NCBI RefSeq assembly: GCF_009914755.1
Contig: NC_060930.1
Length of the DNA stretch: 64,000 nucleotides
Direction: 5' to 3' (one strand)
DNA from: the human T2T-CHM13v2.0 reference genome, Homo sapiens
The position numbers and the translations under genes were made by a program. Positions 54,031-64,000 of this stretch are shown piece by piece (position 1 is the first letter of the stretch; every line of letters begins with the position of its first letter). Under the pieces are notes generated by a model. It was given only the letters and a program-made list of their open reading frames with translations. It ran no database searches and had not been told where the DNA came from.

Positions 54031-55951
54031 TGAAATATGGTGGACTAATCTAAGAAAATAGTTTCAGAGAAGACAAATGATTTCTTTCCAAAAAGAAAAG
54101 ACAGATTTTTTTTTCTTTTTTTTGGTAAAAATTGGCCTGCTCTTTTATATGTTCAGAAGTGTAGACACTCCTTCCCCCAGACTGTACGACCACCCCAACT
54201 CAAACCTAGCTCATGCACTTTGGCAGCAATATCCTCATGACCCTCTTTTGCAGGGCCCAGGAGAGATAGTTTTGAGGCAGAAACATGGAATCCAAGGGGG
54301 TCCATGGCTCAGGCACCATGGTGAAGGGGACAGCTGAAAGTCCCAGCCCTGTCTTGCAGCTGGGGACATCAAGGCATACACAAAAGGGCTGGCCCAAGTC
54401 CTGCTGGCCCAGGACCAGACCTCAGGGGTGCAGGAGGGTCTGCAGGCATCTTGGAGCCCACCAAATGCTGGTGGAAGTAGAGGCTGAAGAGGCTAGAGAG
54501 CAGCTGGTAGGCAGCTGTCCAACAGATGAGGTAGGCCAGGATGCTTTGGAGGGCGAGGCAGGAGTGAGCTGCTCAGGGCCCCTGAGATCAGGACTGCCTG
54601 CTGGACCTCATGCTCCCCGGGGGCCGACAGGAACTGTCCTGGCAGAGGACAGGGCAGGAGATACCCAGGCCTGGAAGAAGAGGAGGATGAAAGAAGATAT
54701 GGGTGGACCACAGGAGGGATCGGCCTCCCAGGGGCAAGAGACAGAATTTGAACTCACATCATTTTAACACCAAAGGCTAGGCTCTTTAATACTGCTTTCT
54801 ACAGACTCCAATGGGTCAAAGATATATATAAAAATTCAATCCATAAAAAATTATCTAGAAGAAAATAGAATATTTATCTCAATTCTGAGGGGAAATAAAT
54901 TTTATTAAAAATGGAGGATGTCATCAGGAACAAGATGGATGTGTTGAAATCCATAAAACCAAAGACTTTTGTACAGTGAAAAGCAATAAAATAAATATCA
55001 GAAGAAAAGCAACAAAAATATGTTTGATAAATGTAATAAGAAAAAGTTACTATCCAAAATATACACACTTGATAAAATATATAAGGTTGATTCTCATTCC
55101 ACAAAACATGAGATCAAAAGAGATGAGAAGAAAGTGCGAACTCAATGAAATTTAGATGGCAAATCATCTCAGGGAAAAAAAAAAGCATTCACAGTGTCAA
55201 TTAAAGAAATGCAAATGAAAACAACTTTAAGGTGTAATTATACACATTTAATGAGCAAAACCAAACAAACCATTTTAGGGAGGCGAGAATGGGCTATTTT
55301 CGCAGTAGGTCTCCCACTGCTGTAGGATTTTCTTAACCATAACTCACATGGGGTCTATTACTCACAGGCCTCCCTGAGCAGCTCAGAAGTGGCATGATTG
55401 ATTCTAACTGATTCAGACTTTGCATAGATAAAAAGAAATTTGAAAGCTGTAAGATGCTAGACAATTTACCATCAACATCACCATCATTATTATTACTCAC
55501 CTGCGTGACTCACTTACCTACTTTCTGTTCCCCTGTAGGTTGGGGTTGGTAAACAACAGACGTGTTTGGATAGAGCCCATGGAGCTATAGCAACTGGGCA
55601 TCTTTTAGGTCCTGCAGGAAAGCCAGAGTTCAATACCAGGAGAGCAAGGCCAGAGGCAGAAGCGGGAAATAAGAGCAGTCCACCAATCTGATGGCTAAGG
55701 CCAAAGCCACAGATAAGACCTAAGACAGTGAAAACCAGTAAAGTGCAAGTCTCAGTTGGAGCAGTGATTAGGATATAGCTTAGAATGTGTTATTCTCTGG
55801 CAGTTTTCCTCACAGTTCCAGTCTGGATAGACTGGCTGCATTTAAAAAGAAGATTTTTGAAGCAGACATAAATATCCTTGGATCACCCAGAACACCTTAC
55901 TGCTTTGCATCTCTCTCCCTTTGCACATGTATTTCTAGATGCTTGGGATAT

Positions 55952-56859
55952 TACGGTGGCTTTATAATGTGTGGACTTAGCTGAACTGCATTTCCCAGAA
56001 TTCCCTTCCCTGTATGTTTTTGGATTAGAGCCACAACAGAAATTTGCAGAAGGTTTGAAAGGCAGAAGTGAAGCAATTCGAGACTTATTCTCTGAAGGAA
56101 GAAATTCAGTCTGTGTTGTAACTTACAGGCTTTGTTTGTTTGTTTGTTTGTTTGAGGTGGAGTCTCGCTCTGTTGTCAGGCTGGAGTACAGTGGCAATCT
56201 TGGCTCACTGCAACCTCAGCCTCCTGGGTTCAAGTGATTCTCCTGCCTCAGCCTCCTGAGTAGCTGGGACTACAGTCACCTGCCACCATGGCTGGCTATT
56301 TTTTGTATTTTTAGTAGAGACAGGATTTCACCATGTTAGCCAGGATGGTCTCGATATCTTGACCTCGTGATCTGCCCTCCTTGGCCTCCCAAAGTGCTGG
56401 GATTACAGGTGTGAGCCACCACACCTGGCCAACTCACAGGCTTGTTAAATAATCTGTTGACTTCCTTTGCTGGTGTGGGCAGAAGTAGATCTATCAACTC
56501 CTCCAGCTTTTGTGATATCTCTTTTTGTACTTCCCCAACACCTGAGCCAGGTGTGAGTGTGGCTCTGCAGCAAGAGGGCCATCTTCTCCTGCAGGTCATC
56601 CATGGAGAGGGGTTGGAGGCTTGGAGATGAGAGAGACAGGAAAAGCTTTCAGCTTGTTACTCTTTGGGGTCCAGCTATCCTACTTTTTCCCACTTTACAA
56701 GCTTTTTCTTTTCCAACACTTGCCCTATGACTTCAGGCTCAGTACCAGGCACACACACACAAAACTGAACTTAGATTTTTACTGTCTCCCCTGTAATGTC
56801 CGATACTTCAGAGAAAGCACATATTCTATGCCATGTCTATTGTATCTCTAGCTGATGCA
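55952..56859 (+). mobile_element. 5' LTR (MLT2-like) of the ERVL provirus, interrupted by an Alu
   Basis: Its start aligns with the LTR at 60394 (GGTGGCTTT...CTTAGCT...AACTGCATTTCC.AGAAT). Confidence 0.75.
56133..56430 (-). mobile_element. AluS (Sc-like)
   Basis: Dimer with a (TTTG)n tail and TSD AACTTACAGGCTT/AACTCACAGGCTT. Confidence 0.95.
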
Positions 56860-59800
56860 GAATATAGTGTCCAAAGTGGTTCCAGAAAACAAAATCATAG
56901 GAATGCCTTCTCTGAATTGATTCTGGGTCAATTGTGATTGGTCATCTGATCTGATTAGATTTCAAAATATTAATGATTATGTTTCCAGTGGTAAGGAAGG
57001 CACTGGTAGTCTATAGCAAGCAGTGGCAAAACAGCTATTTAAATGATCACTTGTAAACACCTGTACTGAAATGCTTGTAGAAAACAAGGCTTTGGGTAGC
57101 TAAGTGGTTTCTGTCATATAACATTTTAATGACCATAAGGAATATAATGGAGTTGGTTGGCTGCTCCTAACTGTGATGGAGGACTTGGAGAAATAAAGTT
57201 ATATGTTTGGGGCTTGAAATTCCCAGCTCAAGTTCTGCTGAGGAGACCTGAAAAATTCTATGACTATAAAGAAACCTTTGCGACCTCTAGTTACTGAGAT
57301 TTCTGAAAACCAAACTCAAAGTCTAATCTCATAGAAGGTTGAAATACAACACGAATTGAATTCCCAGCCTCTCAGTCTCTTCGGTTACCCTAAGGGCTCT
57401 CTGCTTGGGAAAGAATGGTGCACTGAACACTGAATGGGGACATACGGAAAGATTCTGATGAAGTTGGAGATCTTGAACCCCTAAATCCTGCCAGGCCTCC
57501 TTTTCCAAAAGAAATAGCTCCTTCTACTCTTGCATGAGGAGCTTGGTCTCCCCTGGCCTGAGGCACCTGTAATTGCCTTCCCTGAGGCAGTTGCCTTGAA
57601 GGAACTACACGTACTGATCCTCCTCAGGACCTACCCCACCTCTCGTTGCTTAGATCTATGAATACAACCAGACTCAAGTCCAGACAGACCCCTGAGTGTG
57701 AGGAGGTGCAATACACACCAAAAGAATTACATAATCTTTTTCCGTTTTACATAAAAATCTGGATAATATATGTGGGAATGGAACTTGAGTTTATTAAATC
57801 AGAATGCTAGAAATATAATGTTGGATTAGGCATAATTTATTCATATGAGCTCACTAAGCAGAGATTCTGGATTCAAGTGTTGGCTCTAGTGGCGGGGAGT
57901 GGCTCTAACAGTCTGCTTCATTGATTGACTAATACCTGAGCCCCATGATGGCCTACACTCAATAAAGTGGAAATGCCAGTTTTCTCTTGTTATACTGAAG
58001 AGGAAGTTATTTAAAGGCTCAGGGAGATGGGAATGCTAGAATAAATGTGTATATAAGGCCAGCTTCTCCTCCCCAAAAACTATAACCTAAAAGACAGTTC
58101 CTCCTCCAAGGATGTGAAACATTCACAAGGGGAGACCCAGCATATTCAAAGAGCTCTGTATAATTATACTGTGAAGGCCAGGGACATCCATGGGAAGTAC
58201 TGCCTTCAAACTGCTCCCTGAATCCAGTGGGATGATGGATCCCTGGGTGGCAGGGGTCAAGTGGTGGCACTGAATTGAAAGTGACAAGGTAAGCATGACT
58301 ATCTTGTGGGCAACAGAGCCAAAGCAGTAATCAGAATGGTTTGACCTGCAGAGATCTTTGGTGTTGGCTAGTTGATCATGAGAGCTCTAAAATAGAAATA
58401 GATGGGCAGCCTACTAAGTTTTTACTTGATTTATATAAGTAGAAACATTTTAATCCTGGTAATAGAGATATAACTTAAGTTACCAAAATGGAGAATTCTA
58501 GTCCCTCAACCAACTTTCAAACGAGCCAATTCACAAACCCAGTACCACCTGAATGAAGAAGAGGTTAGGTCCACTTGAGAAACAACCCTACTGTAGCACC
58601 AAACATGAGTACTGTAAATCTTCCTCTCAGTCTTCCTTAAACTGATGACCATTTACCAGGGTGACTATGCAATGCACTAGGAAAATAATTGGACTTTTCA
58701 GGGTGTAATGGACATTGGCCCTGAGCCAACATTTGTTCCCGTAGACCCATGTCAGAGGTAGGAGCTCATGGAGGTGAGGTGATTACACTGGGGCCAGTAA
58801 GTCTCCACACCACTCCGTAAGTATTTCCAGAATGTATAATTGGAATACACATAGTTAGCAACTGGCAAAATCCCCATACTGGTTTCCAATCTGTGTAGTA
58901 AGGGCTGTCGTGGTGGGAAAAGCCAAGTGGAATAGCCATTTGAAGATCCAGTTACTACTTCTGATCTTCAAATGAGTGGCAATGCTTGCACGGCTTAGGC
59001 AATGCCCTCCAGAATGTGGTACATGCTTTAAATCAGTAACCAGTATATTTTCGCCTATAGGAAGGATTTATGGGGCCAGGAATCAAGGGGTAGAAATGAG
59101 AGTGTCTTCTCTTGCTATTATCCCTAGTGAGTCACTAGCAAAACTTTTGCTTCCTGTCCCCATGACTTTGAGTCCTATTGCCAAGGGAGGAATGTTTCTG
59201 CCAGGGGACACAACTGTGATTCCATTAAGCTGGAAGTTTGGACTGTCATCTGGTCGCTCTGGGCTCATCATATCACTGAATCAACAAGCAAAGAATGGGG
59301 GTAAGCTGGGGCAATTAATTCTGACAAACAAGGGGAAATTTGGTACTACCCAAAGGGGGTAGGCGGAGTACAGCTGAAATTCAAGCAGTCCCCTGGAGTG
59401 CCTCCTAATATTCTCATGCCCTGTGATTCAATGGAAAATTAAAACAACCCAATGACCCAATGAGGAATAAAGTCTCACATCACCCCTACCAGGCAAAGGT
59501 GCTTGCTAACAACAAAGGGAGTGTAAAATGAGTAGTAGAAGACGGTAAGTTGTAGATACCAGCTACAACCACATAACCTGTTTCAGAAATGAAGATGGAA
59601 GTAATGTATATTTTCCTTATTTTGATATGAATATATTTTGTAGACATTAACCCATTCCCCCCCATTATCCTATCATCTAAGATAAGATGTGTTAATAGTA
59701 GCTAACTTTATATCTCAGTTTATAAGCTAAAGAAGTATTAAAGGAAAGACATGACACAGCTATAAGGGAATAAACATAAGCCAAAGATAGATAAGAGCAT

Positions 59801-60393
59801 TGTCTCTTCTTTTGAGGAGAGACTTGGTATGTTTTCTGTAGTATGAAGGATAGAGTTGCATCATGTTAGGCAAAAGCATGTCTTTGCTATTGTGTGTATT
59901 TGGAAGTTAGATATAGTTTAAGGAGATGTGTATCCCGTGAACCCCAATTTCTTTATCTGAATATGGTGAACAAATTATACCTTATAGATTTTAATTTTTT
60001 AAATTTCATTAATTTAGAGATGGGGTCTCACTCTGTGGCTGCCCAGGCTGGGCCACAATGGTGTGGTCATGGCTCACCACAACCTCAAATTTCTGGGCTC
60101 AACAATTTTCCAACCTAAGCCTCCCAAAATCCTGGGATTGCAGGCATGAGCCACCTCACATTGCTGCCTGACAGACTTTTAAAAGCTAAAATGACCTAGT
60201 TAAGACATATAAGAGGCACTCAAATAATGGTATCTTCTTTTTATTGGTAGTAGTATACTAAGAATAAGCACAGGGTCAAATGTAGTCATGAATAGAAAAA
60301 CACTTTAACTGTAAAACATTATAAAGTGTGCTGATGTGTTTATAATTGAAAAAAATAGAGATATGTATGAATGTCAAGTGCTTAAGGGGTGGA
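56860..60393 (+). mobile_element. ERVL internal region: degenerate gag, pro, deleted pol, dUTPase
   Basis: ORF 58976-59362 contains the ERVL dUTPase-like LPGDTTVIPLSWK...LNQQAK. A PBS-like start follows the 5' LTR, and a polypurine tract AAGGGGTGGA precedes the 3' LTR. Confidence 0.85.
60010..60165 (-). mobile_element. Old Alu monomer (FAM/FRAM-like)
   Basis: Single diverged Alu arm GAGATGGGGTCTCACTCTG...GGGATTGCAGGCATGAGCCAC. Confidence 0.8.
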
Positions 60394-60587
60394 TGTGGTG
60401 GCTTTGTACTGTGTCAACTTAGCTATGCTGAAACTGCATTTCCTAGAATGTATGGTTTCAGACTAGAGTTGCCCGCAAGATAAATTTGAGTAAGGTTTGG
60501 AGGGCAGAAGGGAAACAGCAATTATGGTTACTGTCTGAAGGTCAGTATAGATGTATCTGTTTCTTTGATTGAATCCTGACTAATACA
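60394..60587 (+). mobile_element. 3' LTR (MLT2-like), internally deleted
   Basis: TGTGGTGGCTTTGTACTGTGTCAACTT...CCTGACTAATACA directly after the polypurine tract. Confidence 0.8.
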
Positions 60588-61495
60588 GCCCCTCCCTTTT
60601 TGCATCTAGCATATTTCTCCCTGTGGACAGAACAAGGGGTTGATTTTCCCTCCTCGTATCTACAAGGGAACATTCACTATGATCTCCAAGATGGCTGAAT
60701 TTTGGAATGACTACTATTGGCCTTCCTTCCCATCATCTTATTTAGTCCTCCTCCCTGTGGGTAGAGGAGCAGCCAACCTAAATGGTGAATGTTAGACATC
60801 CTTTGGCCACAGTTCTACTAGTGGGTGAGGTCTTTGTCAAAGGCTTCTGGGGGACACATCCTTTTACCCTCTCAAATAAGCTCACGCTTAGACTAAGTAT
60901 AAGACTAAGTATATACCCTTCTCTTCTTCTTCCTGTTCCTACTTGGTGTCAGCTACCAAAAGGAAGGTTCCAGGTGCAATTTCATAATAAAGGGCAGGAG
61001 ATTCTGCCACCTTCTCCAATATAAGAGTTACTAGGAAGTCTTATAACGTGTGTGCATGTGTCTGTGTGTGTGAATTAACTCTAGTTCAGCCATTAATGAA
61101 TGTAGAAGATAATCAACAAAATTAAAAAGTATACCATTGTGTTTAAAACAGTCAGAAATCAGTTTATTTATTTTAGAAAACAATCTTTGCTGCTGCAGCA
61201 GGAAGACAGTTCATCATAATCATTTGGAATTTTCACTGAGCTTTTCTTAGTACTAAAATAATACACCTTCAGAAATAAGCTTAGTAAGCATCACTGCTGG
61301 TTTATTTATATCAAGTGATATAGATTTAAACTGTGAAATATATCATACATGCGGTAGCGTATAAAGGACATAGTTACAATTTAAAGGATCACTCTGAGTT
61401 TATGTAATGTCAAGAGATACCAGTACCTGAGAAGCCCTATGTGTTACTTATCAGTTGCATATCCCTCATCCCCAGAGGTAACCATTACACCGTGA

Positions 61496-61775
61496 TTAAA
61501 TTTCCCATTTAATCATAGGGCATGAGACTATTAGGAGGCACTCCAGGGGACTGCTTGAATGTCAGCTATACTCCCCCTACCCCCTTTGGGTAGTACCAAA
61601 TTTCTCCTTGTTTGTCAGAATTAATTGCCCCAGCTTACTCCCATTCTTTGCTTGTTGATTCAGTGATATGACGAGCCCAGAGTGACCAGGTGACAGTCCA
61701 CACTTCCAGCTTAATGGAATCACAGTTGTGTCCCCTGGCAGAAATATTCCTCCCTTGGCAATAGAGCTGAAAGTC
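61496..61775 (-). repeat. Inverted copy of 59164-59443 (ERVL dUTPase segment)
   Basis: Manual ungapped alignment gives ~18 mismatches in 280 bp; the translated ORFs are nearly identical. Confidence 0.97.
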
Positions 61776-62189
61776 TTAATCATTCTTTGTTTTTACTTTT
61801 TAACACTTTTTAACACCTATGTTTGTATTCCTGAGTAGCAGGCACAAACCCAGGTGTTTGAGGAAAGGGCAACATGCCCCCTGTTAGAGGAAGGCTCCCA
61901 GGGGAAACTGAGCTGAATAGAATATTTTGGTCATAGCCTGGGATCAAGGCACACAGTTACCATAAGCCTATAGAAGATAACAACCTGGGCTAAACTCAGA
62001 AAATTTCATCTATAGATCAAAAAGAAGGTAGGCAGCGGGGATCCTCATTTATCAGTCCTTAACATATCATGAGTCACACACATCTAAACTAATTGCCCTC
62101 TATAGCTGCTGTATAGTTGTCATCCTAGGATCTTCCTTTATCATCTTTGCCTCTTTCCAGTGATGAATCTCCTCCTCTTGTATCTCATA

Positions 62190-62610
62190 TCTTCTTCTTT
62201 CTTGGTCTATTTTCTTATTTTGGTTGAGCAAATCCCTTAAGGATATGGTTGAGAAAAGGTTCAAGGGGAGTAAATTTTTTGAGACTCTGAAGATTTGAAA
62301 ATGTCTTATTCTACCCTTTCTTATAGGTGATATTTAGGCTGGGTATAGAATTCTAAATTGAAGGTAATTTTCCTTCAGAAATTTTGAGACTCACTTTTTG
62401 CTTTCTAGCTTCTAGTTGCAATTGAGAAATCAAAAGACATTCTGATTCCTAATACTTTGTAAGTGACTTGTGTTTTCCTTGGAAGCTTTTGGGATCTTTT
62501 CCTAGTCTCTAATGTTCTGAAAGTTCACAGTAATATATCTCCCCTGGGTCCACTTGGATCCATTATGCTAGACATCTGGTTATTTTTTTCAATATGGAAA
62601 CACAAATCCT
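62190..62610 (-). mobile_element. Old L1M ORF1-region fragment
   Basis: GGCTGGGTATAGAATTCTAAATTGAAGGTAATTTTCCTTCAGAAATTTTGA. Confidence 0.65.
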
Positions 62611-63704
62611 TTAGCTGATAATTTTGAACCATCAACTGAGAATTAAAATGAAGCCTCTACCCTCTTAGGAAAAGACTATTTTATAAAATCAATTTTAAAT
62701 CTGTCTGATCAATCAATGACAACTTGCCTCCATCTAATCCATCAGGAATAACTTGCTCCATCCAACACACTTCTAAAAACCAACCAATCAATGATAGCCT
62801 TTGAGGGTTAGTCAGTCAGCAGCCAACTTACTCTAGTGAAGTCTTGTCTAAGTGAGCACAGTTCTGAGGCTAACTTCAGCCTACTCCCATCTCTGAAACC
62901 ATCAAATAATCCCAAAATAATCTCTGATTTCAAAATTTTATATAAATTCAACAGTCTGCTTTGAGAAATTGTTCCTGACCATTTTTCTTCATTACATAAG
63001 CAAAATAGAGAAGCAAGTCCCTCTGTATAACTCCCAATTGTGTACTTCCTCATCTTCAGATGCAACTGACACTTTTTTAGTTTGAATTCCTTTAAATTAT
63101 TTTTTCAAATTTTATTTTTCTACCCCTTATGCATATATCTCTAAACTGAGAAGTGGGCACAAACCTAGCTATATAAGCAAAATACAACACAGCCTCCGTT
63201 AGATGAAGGCGCCCAGGAGTTGAGTGGAGTCTCTTGGTCATGGCATTTTATTTCAGATACAGAGTGGCACCATTTTCCTTTACATAACTACCAGTTTGAA
63301 ACACAATGACCAAATGCTCTCTTACACTTATGATCACTCTCACACCAGAAACTGACATGGGTATCATGTGCTACGGTTTATAATGTGTGTTTTACATGTA
63401 AAGTCTCATTGTGACTCTGGTCTTCAGAGTCCCTGGATTGCTTGCCCTAGTCTTGGTTCCCCTCAGCATAAGTCTCCCCTCTCAACCACATGCTGAATCT
63501 AATACCTCCTACTTGAAGCCTTCTAACTCTTCACAGGACAAGAACAATCAATTATCCAAAGAGAAAGAGCAATGAATGGGTAATAAGGACAGTTGGGTTG
63601 AAGCCCCAGTTCAGCAAATAATCAAGTGGCCTGAAGCACATGTCTTCATGTTCTTCACTGTGTTTCAGCTTTCCTGTCTGCAAATAAAGCTTGGGCCAAA
63701 TCTA

Positions 63705-63870
63705 TATAGTTCTCAATCCTGACTGCATATGAGAATTACCTAGCAATTATTTAAAAATACTGACTCTTGGGCTCTACTTCAGACCAATTAAATCAGAATC
63801 TCTAGGGGTAGGGTCTGGGCATCAGTATTTAAGTCTATGATTCTAATGTACAACCAGAACTATTGAGCCA
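63705..63870. mobile_element. MER5-family DNA transposon
   Basis: GTTCTCAATCCTGACTGCATATGAGAATTACCT...AGACCAATTAAATCAGAATCTCTAGGGG. Confidence 0.8.
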
Positions 63871-64000
63871 AATGAGCTCTGAGGTTCCATTCAGTGCTCA
63901 CACTTGGAATTCTAGGAAGTACCATCATATTTCATTGAATAAGGTGGGCATTGTGTTGCTAGGACTCTGTTCTTTGGTTTTATAAGGGAATAAGAAGTGT

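Noticed and set aside
54285-54767. 160-aa ATG-initiated ORF in a GC-richer patch
   Set aside because: No recognisable homology or exon context; the length is compatible with chance at this GC content.
58976-59362. Possible functional retroviral dUTPase
   Set aside because: It has a non-ATG start and its C-terminal part does not resemble intact dUTPase motifs, consistent with deletion and frameshift.

Overview
This is primate, most likely human, non-coding genomic DNA. It contains AluJ/S/Y, L1PB/L1MA/L1ME, L2, MIR, MaLR, ERV1 and ERVL LTRs, and MER5/MER58 DNA transposons. I can support no protein-coding gene, RNA gene or CRISPR array; the long ORFs are L1 or ERVL remnants, or low-complexity artefacts. 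The left end (about 1.8-2.6 kb) looks like a CCAAT/GC-box promoter with splice donors on both strands, but I cannot name the gene. Main structures: a twin-primed L1PB with a 17-bp TSD and a nested LTR (20.5-22.3 kb); a 38-39 bp minisatellite resembling L2 (29.4-29.8 kb); a near full-length old L1MA (36.5-45.1 kb) carrying a very young AluY; an ~820-bp alternating purine-pyrimidine tract (46.9-47.7 kb); and a two-LTR ERVL provirus with a pol deletion (56.0-60.6 kb). The most unusual signal is a set of locally templated copy events: a 280-bp inverted copy of the ERVL dUTPase segment, an 86-bp copy inserted in an LTR with junction microhomology, and a 12-bp fold-back inversion at the pol deletion. 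I found no convincing evidence of a new biological system. Repeat subfamily names come from my recall of consensus sequences, not a database search, and boundaries of old repeats are approximate.
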